From Blepharisma stoltei ATCC 30299 (lineage: Eukaryota; Protista; Ciliophora), in NCBI GenBank assembly GCA_965603825.1, contig CBFDEM010000002.1:434001-498000 (forward strand): 64,000 bases of DNA, in the 5' to 3' direction. This document shows, piece after piece, positions 36,678-49,374 of the stretch (positions within the stretch are counted from its first letter, which is position 1; each line of letters opens with the position of its first letter). The position numbers and the translations under genes were made by a program. A model generated the notes under the pieces. That model did no database searches, was not told where the DNA came from, and was given only the letters and a program-made list of their open reading frames with translations.

Positions 36678-39600
36678 TTAAGTCATCGGTGGATAATAAT
36701 ATTTTATTGGCTTTTGAGAAATTGTATTAGTTTCATCAAAGAAAATCGTACTTGGAGATTGCTCGCCTGCGTTAAGTGAAGTGAAATGGCTATCACCAAA
36801 GAAATCATTTATGTTATTTATTTCTACTCTCTTTGGGTTGACCTTTGCAGATCTAAGCGGTCGAGAACGCAAGCCTGCTTTCCCTTCCAATTTCTGCTTA
36901 ATTACTTGGACTAATGTAATAATTGAGATAATTAAAGGAGCAACTGTTTGAATGCCCATAATTGAAATTACCGTATACATCACAGAGTTATCTAAGTATC
37001 CCAGGCTCTCTCCACTCATATCAAACAAATACCCAGAGAGCAAAAAGAAAACGACTGTGATCCCGATTTCAGATAAAGCATTGGCCCATTGCATAACAGG
37101 GTTATCAAAAGGAGCATAAACTATTATATAAAAAGTAAACTAAATATGGAATACTGCAATACATAAAATAACTCCGATTGTCAGCTGAGTATAAGGAGAA
37201 CCGCTAAAGAAAACGAAAGACACTAAATAGACATTTCTCCTTAAAAAGAAAAGAGTGTAATACTGGGTGCTGAGTAAACCATTGTCATTTTTAAATTCAT
37301 AGAAAAATGAGCCTCAAACATCATGAAAGCTTTTATTATTCTTTTCAGTGACCTTGTTCATATTTCTATATGAAAAAATAGCTAAAGATATAGGAGAAAT
37401 AATTAACAATACCTACATAAAATATACTGTAAATATAAAACACATAAGGGTGTTTGTTATTTCAATAGGACTGTTTTGGAGCGATTTCCAATTCTGCATT
37501 GCTGTTAATAGTCCAATTACTGCTGCAAATCCAATATCAAGGTAAGACTGCACCCAAAATCTCAAAAACGTAGAAAACTTGTACTGCTTGAGAATTGCGT
37601 CAAATTTTTTCCCGATATACCTTTCTGAACATTTGGCGAGGAAATATATAATAGGGAAAATGCCAATTATATAGCATAGGACGGTTAGTTGGTTTCCTGC
37701 ATTTATTAAAATCAAGTCATTGCTGAACCCAAATTTAACAGCATCTGCGTAAGGTGTGTGCCCCTGGCTTTGGTCTACAAAGAAATCGAATAAGTTGGGT
37801 ATTAAATTCGCGTTATTCATGGCGTTAAAAAAGGAGTAAATATTGTCTGAAATTGGTAAGCCACTTATTGGGATAAAATACAAATAAGAAATGGTATTCA
37901 AAATTGCCCATAGCCCAGATGAGTTGGGATTGAAGCACGACACAGCTACACTTACCCCAATAGCTGCTTGAGTCCCAGCAGAGACTTGGTTTGAAGTGAT
38001 AGAGCTTTGCTGCTGCGATGATGTTAAAAGGGATTTATTAAGGATCCCAGTCAGAGCTGAGTCTTTAAGCATTCCATTGGAAGTTGAGAGTACCTGAGTC
38101 AAATCATTGAAAAGGAGAGTGATTTGAGTGCCATAACTTACAGATGCCCCGAAGGTGCAGGTGATGAGATAATAGGTATTATTTATCATAGTTATATTCC
38201 AAGAAATAATAATTCCTTTACTAATTTTTAAGGTTATTTGGCTCTCTGTAAGTTGATTCATCAAGGTATCAGAGAAATTTAAAGCTATAGTATTATCATA
38301 GTTTACAGTCAAGTTCACGCTGAAGCTAACATAGAGGCATGAAGTCGATTTTTTACCATATCCAGGTTTGCATACACATAGTTGTGAGTCAAGAATTGCA
38401 TTTTCGACACAACTATCGCATTCAAGCTCTCCTGTGCATGATTTACATAAGTCAGGACAGTCATAACATATGTGATCGCTAGCATATTGATTTGATGGAC
38501 AAGATTGGCAAGAATCAGCTGTTGAATTTCAGACTAGGCTGTCTGTACATTGACAGTCTGCAGGATTAGAAGTGCCATTTTTGCATGTTGTACATGATCC
38601 GCTATTATATGAGTCACAGACCAAGCATTTTTTATCATAACACAAATTGCATTTGCTGCCTGAATCCTTGCAGCTTTTGCAAATTGCATTGCAGCTTGAG
38701 CAAGTATTATAGGCAGGCCCAATTCAGAACTGACTAATCAAACAATTCGGAATGCAGACTCCATTAATCGGACAAGCCTGGCAGGTTTCTTTGCACGAAG
38801 CTATAGGAAGTGCAAGGCTGGATATTAACTTTACAATATTATAACCTTGGATTTCAAAAATGAACCCTTTGAAGAAGTTTAAATATTTGCTGCTTGCTTT
38901 TTGAGCCCCAATAGTGACTGTAATCCCAGTTTTTAAGTCGTTGAAATAGTCGCTAATTGCGACTGATACACTATCAAAAACACCATTAACATAACAGCTA
39001 ACTACAGTATTGGCAGACTGATAATCTGTTGTAAAAGCTATGTGGTTCCACTCTGAAACTTTGAGAATATTTAGTGATGTGAAGGCGATTTTCCCATTTG
39101 AATTAAATAGAAGCTCAAGCTGTGCATATCCCGCTTTTAACATTATTGAAAAAACAGTGCTCAGTGATGCATCTTGCTTTATTATTAGTATACCGTCATC
39201 TTTTTCAGGATTGATTCAGATACTTATGGTGAATGAACTTGTAAAATTCAAAACTGTTGAAGTAAGATTTGTAAAAATGGGGAGATGCATAACTGAAGTG
39301 GAGCCATCGAAATAAAACCCCCTTAATGGAGCAGCAATTGGATCCTCAGAGTCATAGGTTGGATAGAAATCTTGACTATTCCCAGTCATGGCTTGGATCT
39401 GGCTTTGCGAGTCAGTAAGGACTCCTTTCAAAGAATTGAATGACAGATCAAAAATGAAAGTCTTACCAAGGACGCATTTAGAGCCACTCACAACATATCC
39501 TACAGGACAACTTGCCAAGCACTGCCCGGAATACAAATATAATCCACTCGGACAGGTATCAATACATTTTCCAGAGCTCGTAAAATACCCACTTGCACAA

Positions 39601-42600
39601 GATACACAGTTGCTGTTCCCTGCCGCTGTGCACTTATCGCATGAGACATCGCATTGACTGCAAACCTCATTTGCAGTGTCCCAAAAATAATTATCATCGC
39701 ATACGCACACAATGCCTGCTAAATGAGCATTCGTCATGCAGGTGATACAAACTGAGCTGTAATCGTCACACACACTGCATATGACATCTTGGCATAAATT
39801 GCAGTTCTTATCATACCTCACACAACCCCAGTTGCATTGAGTTTGGCAAGCTTGGCATGATGTCCCATCCCAATAATTAGAAAGCTCACAGTCAGGAAGG
39901 CAAACGTTTGCCAGCGCAATTGGGCAGACAGAGCAGCCTGAGCATGAAGAAAAGAGGATGAGATCAGCAGCGCTTTTTTGAGAATTGTAGACAGCAAAGC
40001 TTCATAAGAACCCTGTGTAGAAATTTGAGGAAGAGGATAGGGTTGAAAGAGTTGCTCCGATTGAGATGAAAAAGGAGGATTGGATGTCTTGAAACCAGGA
40101 CGATGTAAGATCAGGAGAGTTATCTAATGAGGTGTCGACATAAAAGAGAATTTGCTGTGCTGGAGTGTCACTAATAATGCTGCTCGCCATGAGGAAATTC
40201 CAAGTTGAAAGGGTAACTGCGAGGGAGCTGCTTGAGTAGCTAGCATAAACTCCACTCTTCATCTTTATTGTAAGAGAAGGGAAGCCACCAGTGACCAATG
40301 AAAAATTAATAAGGTTGACAACTGAATTTGTACTGTCTTGTTTGCTGAAAATGCACCCTGAATTAGAGTGGGGTCTAATCCAAGCTACAAAAGTGAAAAT
40401 CGGACTTATGGTCAAATATGGAGCGACATCTTTCGATTTCATATATGATGTTCCTCTAAAATAGTATCCTCTGTATTCTGCAGCATAAGGGTCTGAAGTC
40501 TTATAATAAGGATAAAAGCTGCTTTCAACTCCAGCATATAGTGGAATGTTCGATTGAGAATCAGTCACTTGGTCTTTAATTTGAAGCGGCTTGAAGCTAA
40601 ACACAAAATCATTGCTAAGTGTGCATGAGATAGAAGAAGAGCTGTATCCAAGTGGACAAAAGCTAACGCACACATTTGAAAGCATAAGCAAAGGGGAGGC
40701 ACACTTAACACACCCTGTGAAGGTAAAGTCTGTGCATGATTCACAGACCGAGTTGCACAAGTCACAAGTCTCAGTGGCCTCAACTCATAAAGCATTTTGA
40801 TTGCATTGGCACTGAGTCCCAACAAAGTCAGCATTTGTAATACAAGTCAAACAGTTGCCTGAAAAAGATGTGCAGGAGTAGCATTCTTTTTGTAGGCAAA
40901 GTCTACAGGTTTGGTCAGTTCTGCATCCGTGAGTTCCACAAGAAGTTTTGCATGTTGAGCAAGTTGTTGTGTCAGGGTACTGCCAAATTGGGCAATAACT
41001 CGAGCAAAATGAGCCAGCGGGGCAACTGACGCAAGGACTGGTTGTGCAACTAGACGCGGGTCAGTCATCATCTTTATGGGTTTCATCGTTAAACACTTTT
41101 AAGCTTCACAGAAATCCTTGAAATCCGATTGTTGACGAGCTAGAGATCATCCCCAAGTTCAAGATTGAAGAAGAAGCATCTCTAAAGTATGTATTTGAGG
41201 CAGACGTCATGGTAGTGAGTAGAGAACTATCAATATAAATGCTAACTGTAGTGGCTCCGCTTACTTCAATAAAGGCAGTGAAGGCGAAATAATGCCAACT
41301 TCCCATAGTATTTGTGGAAGCAATAGCTGTCAGAGTTGATGCGTCATTTAAAGTTATCACTAAAATAAGAAATCCTGAAGAGTCAATTGTGAGTTTGAGG
41401 AACTCAGTTGATCCACTTGATTTCAGGAGTATGGCTCCTTGTCCCTGTGGATAGGTCCAAGCTAGAATAGTAGAGCAAGGACTAAAAATAGATTGCGAAG
41501 TCATTTTCATGAGACTATTTCCATTGAAAAAGTATCCTCTATTAATTGCAGGCACTGGATCATTCGCATCAAAGTTTGGATACTTGCCAGTGTTATCAAT
41601 TCCAACGTCAAACCCATTCAAGGTATCAAGCACAATATAATCATTGAAGCTCAAATTTAGAATGAGGCTGTGATCAAGCTGGCAAGTATTTGCACCTTTT
41701 ATAAATCCATCAGGGCATTGCGTATCACATAACATGCTTCCAAAAAGATAGTATCCAGATATGCATTGGCTACACGAATTATAGTCTGAAGATGTGCATG
41801 TAGAGCAACCAGAGAAGCAGTCTAAGCAGGTAGATCCGCTTGAGGATAAGTAATATGTTGAATCACAAGTACATGGCGTCCCACTTGCGTGAGCAACACA
41901 TTCATAACAATCACCTGCATAGAAGCTTGAGCATTTATTACACAAAGGATCATCACATATATTGCAAGATGTTCCTCGCACACACCCATATGAGCATGAA
42001 GTTAGGCAAGGCTTAGTCCCAGAATCAACATAATAGGTGATGTCTGCATTTCATAGACATGATGTCCCAGATCCTCCACAAATATCTGCTGAGTATTCAG
42101 TTGAAAAGCTGCTCACAGCATAATTTCATAGTTTAAAAGTATAAACAAAGCCATCAAAAAATGAATTTTGACTTTTTCCAATATACAAATACCTTCCATT
42201 TTGATCTCTAACAATGTTGTTTGCAACTGAGGTCGTTCAGGAGACTGCATTGTTAACATAGAACTTAAGCGTTGTTGAAGCAGATGAATAAGCTGCAGTG
42301 GTGGATAAATACACTCAGTCAGAAAGAGATGCATCTGTTGAAGTTTCAAGAGAGACAACTTCAAGTTCAGTCTCCATCAGAAATGACACAGTCCCATTCG
42401 AATTTATAGAAATGATTGGATCTTTTTGAAAAATGTCTCCAGAAATAGGATAAACCCACAGTCCCACTGAAAAATCATGAGAAAGGTAGATTGGCGCATC
42501 GGAAACCAAATATTGAGCTCCTGCAAAGTAAAGCCCTCTACTTTTAGCTGGAATGGGATCAGCAGGATCTGGGGAATTGAAGAATTGATATGTAGATGAA

Positions 42601-45600
42601 TCTGTTGAAGTGACTAAAGTATCATAAGAGCCTTCAAAGCTTGTATCAAAATGCTCATTAAGAAATGGGACATTTGCAGCCGTGCATGGAAGAGTTGAAA
42701 AGCCAGTAGGACAGCTCCGCAAGCAAATAGTCCCAACCAAAACATTGCTTCCTGCACATAAAGAACATTCAAAGTAAATTGTTGAAGCAGTAGCGCAATT
42801 GCTGCATAAGTTGTCGCATATATCACAGCTCTCAGTTGCATGGACCCAAATAGCATTTGAATTGCAAGCGCAAATCATTCCTGACGGAGAAGCGTTGGGA
42901 ATGCATCCAGTGCAATGCCCTGAGAAGGAAGTGCAGCTATAGCATGTTTTATCAGCACACAGTCTACAAGTGTCCCAACTTCGGCACCCCCTTGAACAAG
43001 AAAGTGCGGAATCACAGCTCCCACAACTTGAGCCGTTTTGAAATTGATTTATTGGGCATGTGCTGGGGCACACTCCTCCAACTGGACAATTAGTACATCC
43101 AGAGCAAGAACTTGACCAATCTGCTGCGTTTTTGTTTTGGTCAGTATAAATTTTGAGAGTGTAAATAAATCCTTTGAGTCCATTTAGACTTGATGAATCT
43201 GAGCCAATATAAAGTTTACCCGAGTCAAAGAAATATACTGTAGCATCTGTGCCGGTAACTGCTGAGCTTGCAGCATTGTTTATATATGACTGGATTTGGT
43301 ATGCTCCAGATGAAATTATTTGTCCTGTAAACGCCATTAAATTTCACTTAGAAGTAAGAGAGGACCCACTGGTTTGGGTAAGAGTAAGCAAAGTTCGGTC
43401 CGATAAGTTGATTTTTAATGAAACTGCAGTGCTGCTGGTAATTTTAAAGGTCAGAATTTCAAGAGTCCCATCTTTTTTCAAGAATACATATTGAGCATTC
43501 GTCCCGGTAGGACGAATTCAAATCGAAACAGTGAATCAAGGACTAATAAGGAAAGCGCCCCCTTGAAGTGAGTTTTTAGTGTTGAAGTAATAACCTCTAT
43601 AGATTGCCGGGCTTGGGTCGCTGTTTTCTCAGAGCGGATAGAGATTGGTATTATCAAGGCCGACCGAAAGAGTTCCAACGTTAGTGACAGTATCCAGTTG
43701 AATAATTTCATTCAGTGAAATGCTTAAACTTGGGTTGGAGGAAGAAGTACAAGTATTTCCTGATGAACTATCATAGCCATCAGGGCATTCATTTGTACAG
43801 ATTGTGTTCAGCAAATAGAAAGGAGAATTGCATGTTAAACATTGATTATATTGCGAGCCTGTCCCTGTTGCACAAGTTAAAGCCAATTTAATACAAGAAA
43901 ACCCGCTTATATCGACAGTATACCCGGGATTGCAAGCACATGGGGTATTTCCTGCATTAGAAACGCATTGGGTGCAAAGACCAGCTGCAAATCCAGTGCA
44001 TATGGCACACAATTTGTCATCGCATTGATTGCAAGAGCCAGTCCTTGTGCATCCTATTGTGCAGCTATTATCACAATCTGCACAATCAGCCCCATCGTAA
44101 TATTGAGTTAAATTGCAAGTCCTCATGCATGTTACACCGCCACATATGTCATCAGTTGTTATAGTGAAGTCTACTGCCACGTTTCATAATTTGAAATCAA
44201 ATATATAGCCTTGAAAATAGCTCTGTGATGACTTTCCTATAAATAATTGCGTATTGATAACATCTCTATAAATCAATTTCGTATAAGTATTGGGGGTAGA
44301 GAAAACGGCATTGTTGACTGAAACTGTAATCGTGGTAGCAATTGCTGCTAAATCAAGTGACGAGGCCAATGAAAGATATGTTCAGCCGGTAAAGGAAGTT
44401 GCTGAGCCAGATATTGTTTTGGCAGATGCAGAGGTAGTAGGAGATTCTAAAGAGATCTTGACATCCCCCTTGGAAGAAAAGGAGACTCTTGAATATTTTT
44501 GCATAAAATCACCATCTTCTATAACAAATATCCAAGCTCCCCAAGAAAAGCTGTGAGACAAATAAACATTCACATTCGACTGCATATAGTAGCTTTGCCC
44601 ATCAAAATACAACCCACGATCCTTAACAGGAATTGGATCGACTGACTCTGGGTTATAAAAGAATTGATATTTTGTTGCAGAGGCTCCTGTCGTAAAAATT
44701 CCATAGGTTCCAAGGAAGACACCATTAAATGAGGTATCAATGACAGGGGTTGAAACAGGAGTACAGCCTGTCCCAAATCCATAAGGGCAGCTCTTCAAGC
44801 ATACATTTGATACTGGCACATATGCTGAGCCACACGTAGAGCATAAAAATAATGATGTCGTTTGGCACTGATCACAGAGATTATCACAAATTGTACATGT
44901 AAGCGAGGAAGTGTCCCAGAAGGCATTAGGATTGCAGGTACAAACTCCAGGAGACGAAAAATAAGCATTTGTGATGCATGAAGAGCAGGGGCCATCAAAT
45001 AGGGTGCATGCTAAACATTCTTTGTACAAACACAAATTGCATGATTCCGTGCTTCTACATCCGCGAGAACAACTCATAGTAGCGCAATTAAAGCAGGTTC
45101 CAGCATTATTGTAAAGATTTCAAGCGCATGTATCGGGGCATATCTTCTCAAAAGGACAGCTCGAGCATCCGTTACATCCAGAATTAAATCATCCAGCAAG
45201 AGCGTATGTATTATCATTATATATATTAAAATTCCAAATTCACCCAGTAAACCCTTCAGAAGTTGACCCAAGATAGAGTGCTCCTGTATCATTATAAAAT
45301 AATGAAGAAATCGAAGCTAAAGTGGGCCCGGTTGCTGGTGTAGCTGAGCTTGTGGATCCTGTATACAAGGCTACAACTGTTTGGCCTGATCCATTTAATC
45401 CACAAGTAAAACCTAAATAAGTTCAAGAATTAGAGATGCTAGAAGAGCCAGTTATTGCTAATGTGGTAGTACCATCAGATAAAGTAAGGGTAGTTAATTG
45501 AGGCTTTGAAGAGGCTAATAATATCTTTAGCCATCAGGTTGCTCCATCATACTTTGAAAATATAGTTCCATTTTGAGTTGCCTTAATCCAAAACAGTAAA

Positions 45601-47714
45601 GAAAACCATGGTCCTAAAGAAATTGAGCTTGTAGTCAAATATCTTGTCTGTGTAAAATAGTATCCCCGGTATATTGATGGTATAGGATCTTTATTTCCCG
45701 ATTCCCATTTTGGATAAGTGTTTGTATTAGAACTGCCAACAGTAATTCCATTTACTGCGTCCAATTGAATGAGATTTTGAAAATTTAAGCTCAAAACATT
45801 TGAATTGGAGAGAACGCAGGTGTTTGATGACGAATTAGAAGTGTATCCTGAGGGACACGAGGCTAAGCATTGGGTTTTCAATAGAAAATACCCAGAAAAG
45901 CATGATGAGCATTGATAGTAGTCAGTCCCAGTGCATCCAGAGCAGCCAGTCGAGCACGCGATGCAGCTGAATCCAGATGGTGATAGCATGTATCCTGCAT
46001 TGCAGGTGCAAGGCGTTCCAGATGCATTGGTGACGCACTGATCGCATAATCCATCAATGAATCCTCTGCAAACGCTACAAAGCGGGTCATGGCAAACATT
46101 GCAAGATCCATTTCTCGTACACCCATTCGAGCAAGATCCATCGCATGCTGTAATCGTCCCGCTGTTTATCCAATATAAAAACTCACATGATCACAGGCAA
46201 CTTGCTGTTGCTCCAGTCCCACATATCTGATCTGAGTATTGCGCATTGAAATTTGACACTGCTGAGTTCCACAGTTGAAATTGGTAAATATATCCATTGA
46301 AATTTGAGGCTGAACTTTTGCCTAAAATGATAGTATTGCTTACTGGATCCCTATATATATAGCCTGACTGGGTAGCCGATGTCTGGGCTGCGTTATTCAG
46401 ATAAGGTCTGATTGTTGTGGAAGGAGATGCAAAAGATATGACATAAGAAAGATACACCCATGCACTATTAGCAGGGGATAAGCTGTTTGTTGTGACAAGC
46501 AGAGCAGCTTCCAGTTGGTTTTCTAATGTAATTTTTAGCACACCAGTTTCCGTAATGATAATTCTATAGCCACTGCTGTGAGTCATGATATTTCCTGATC
46601 CTGGAATAATCCAGACCCAAATTCCAAGTGAGAAATTGAGAGAAAAATAAACAGCAGAAATTGTTTCTAAATAAGTCCCTCCTGAGAAGTAAAGCCCACG
46701 ATTCTTGACAGGAATTGGGTCAGCAGCACTTTCAGGAGAATTGAAAAAATAATAGCTACTCCCGCTTGTTCCAGTTTTAAAAAGGCCATAAGTTCCATAA
46801 AAATACGTTGCAAAGTTTGTATCGATGACTATCGTAGAAACTGCAACACAAGGACTCGTAAAGCCATAGGGGCAAGCTCTTAAGCAAACACTTGATACTA
46901 AATAATAAGGAGATGGGCATGAGTTGCATAAAAACGGGGTTGAACTGATGCAACTCCCACATAAATCATCGCAAATAACACAAGTATTTGAAGCTGTAAC
47001 GTAAATAGCATTAGCATTGCATTTGCAAACTCCACTAACAGGCGTTGCGTTTGCAATGCAAGCTGTGCAGGTAACTGTAGAAGAATTGCATGCTATGCAT
47101 TTAAGGTCATAGCACATATTGCAATTGTCAGCAACACTGCAGTCTCCTTTAACCAATATAATTCCTGAAATCTTAGGATTTTCAGTAATTCTATAGAAAT
47201 CAAGCACAAGTTTACCACTGGAATATGCGCCAGTAACAGAGCTTCCATTTATGTAAACAACTCCAGAGGTAAGCGTGAATTGGACAAAAAGGTCACAAGC
47301 ATTTTTGGGTCCTGCTTGTGCTACCAAGTCTAAGCTTGATTTAACCACATAATTTCCGATTTTAATTGTGAAAACCCGTGAATTTGTTGTTGTAAAGTAA
47401 ATTTCTGCGAATTGAAGGATTATTACGTAAGTTCCGTCTGTTGAAATTGGAATTCTGTACCCTCAAGAAGGAGTTGTTGTGCTATATCGTTCAACCTTAT
47501 ATGGGGTTTGGTTCTGGGTTCGCCCAATGCTGCACGAGCAAGCATAAGAGCTCCCAGTTGTATAATAGTTATCAGCGGCATAAACAAAACCAAAGGTTGA
47601 CGTATATGGAGTAGAGGCTCCACAATTTAAAGCCAAAACAACGGTTGAAGGGTCTAGAGAGTAGACAAAGATAAGACCAACAAATAGGATTTCGACAACA
47701 AATAACGACTTCAT
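36678..47714 (-). CDS. Giant surface protein: signal peptide, malectin domain, 8 x (Cys-rich furin/EGF-like plus LamG/ConA-like module), multipass TRP-like (FLC/Pkd2-type) C-terminus; ~3668 aa, two introns
   Basis: Thirteen minus-strand ORF pieces share one frame and are joined by TGA. Malectin motifs ALNCG, ERY, GTYVIILQFAEIYF, RVFTI, LDLVAQAG. Eight DP.P...RG.YF motifs at ~1.05-kb spacing. TM motifs LWAILNTIS, WGSFFYEFK, FFLRR. Confidence 0.88.
37140..37154 (-). other. 15-nt intron
   Basis: GTATTCCATATTTAG; in-frame terminal TAG. Confidence 0.9.
37413..37427 (-). other. 15-nt intron
   Basis: GTATATTTTATGTAG; the in-frame terminal TAG ends track ORF 37413..38318. Confidence 0.9.
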
Positions 47715-48145
47715 TTTACATATAAATAAGCATTGTTGCAAAGAAAAATAAAAGTATTTATTCTTACTTAAGAATGGTGAGTTGCAGCTTTAATATATTT
47801 ATGATAACTCCTTCTTTTGAGATTTATACTTTATCTATCCATATTTAATTATTTATCTTTACTTCAAATTTTACTGAATCTATTGCCAATTAATCTTCTA
47901 ATAAGAATTCTGAATCCGCTAGATTTTTCAATTAGCTAATTTCATATCATATAAATAGCTTCTTGAAGAATCACTGAATAAATTAATGCTATTAAGTATT
48001 ACCCTAGCTATATATAATTTTACAATTTCAGAAGAAAACGTTAATCTTCTTTTTACAATAAAGATTGCAATATTTATATAATTATATTAATCAAGAGGTT
48101 TGATCAATATTTAATTCCCTTATTATTCTAAATATTTGATCTAAT

Positions 48146-48991
48146 ATGAAAAATGCAAGGGTAAAGCCCAGGAGGATGGAAAGATTCAAGTACGGGAATT
48201 ATCAAAGATACTACAGCCTTAGAAATGCCGAACATTGAAATGACCCAAGAATAAAAATCTTGGAGAGAGAGCTATTTGAAAATAAAAATGTTCTCGATAT
48301 CGGATGCAATGATGGAACAATCACGCTTTTGATTGCATCGAAATTTAATCCTAAGAGAATTTTAGGAATTGATATCGACTATAAGCTTATAGCCAAAGCT
48401 GAAGACAACCTTACTTATCTTGAAAAAACAACTGAGCAGGCCAAAGTGCTTAAAGAAAGAGAAGAATTTATCAAAGATGTCAGGTCTTACCCCTCAAACT
48501 TCCAGAAGTTCTTCAGTCTCCCTGAAAGCCTAAAAGTCCCTACTAAGAAAGCATTCAGAACTGATATCGCTGCCACTTCAGTGAATTTTCCGAATAATAT
48601 TGTCTTTAGAGAAGAAAATTATGTGAAAAGTCCTGAAGAAGAGAACAAATATGATGTGATTTTGCTTTTATCAACTATTAAATGAATCCACCTTAATTGA
48701 GGGGATGAAGCTGTTACACTCTGTTTTGAGAAAATTTATAAAGCTTTGAGACCTAATGGAACTTTCATATTTGAGCCTCATCCGTGAAAATCTTACAAAA
48801 AAGCTAGAAACCGAACAGAAAAAATCAGAGAAAATTATGAAAAAATTTTATTCAAGCCTAATGAGTTTGAAGATTATTTCGTTAATCATTTAAAGTTTGA
48901 GCTTGTAACGAAAATTATCCCAACTGAAGGAAAAGATAAATTCAAAAGACCAATCATGATCTACAAGAAAACTTCAATTACCGAACAATAG
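48146..48991 (+). CDS. MEPCE: RNA methylphosphate capping enzyme (Bin3/MEPCE family), 281 aa
   Basis: FKYGNYQRYY..R...DPRI, VLDIGCNDG, GIDIDYKLI, LSTIKW(TGA)IHLNW(TGA)GD, FEPHPW(TGA)KSY, FKRPIMIYKK. Confidence 0.92.
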
Positions 48992-49374
48992 GAAGAAGGC
49001 AAAAACATGTAGTTTAATTAAAAAGTTATTGAATATAAGACCTTGTAGAAATAGTTTATTATAAGAAGCATCAAATTTCACTTCTTTTATATTTTCTTTG
49101 ATATAAAGCTTGAATAGTTAAAATTTACTATATGAGTCGCTTCTGCATTAATAATCCTGTAATTTTTATGTTCGCTTTCTCCACTTTTAATATTTATGTT
49201 ACAGAAAATATTACATCAGTTGCTTTTTTCCTATCATTTCTCGTCTTAAATAAAAAATTGTTTTAAATACAACTTATCCTTAATGAAATTAATTATACAA
49301 ATATTTCTTCAGTTATCAAATTGGTCACAAAAAGTGCATTGAAAATGGATAAAACCGATTTCTTTCGATAAAAT

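Noticed and set aside
48989-49012. TAG read-through at the MEPCE end (EEGKNM then a second TAG)
   Set aside because: The conserved domain ends earlier, and TAG acts as a stop elsewhere in the window.
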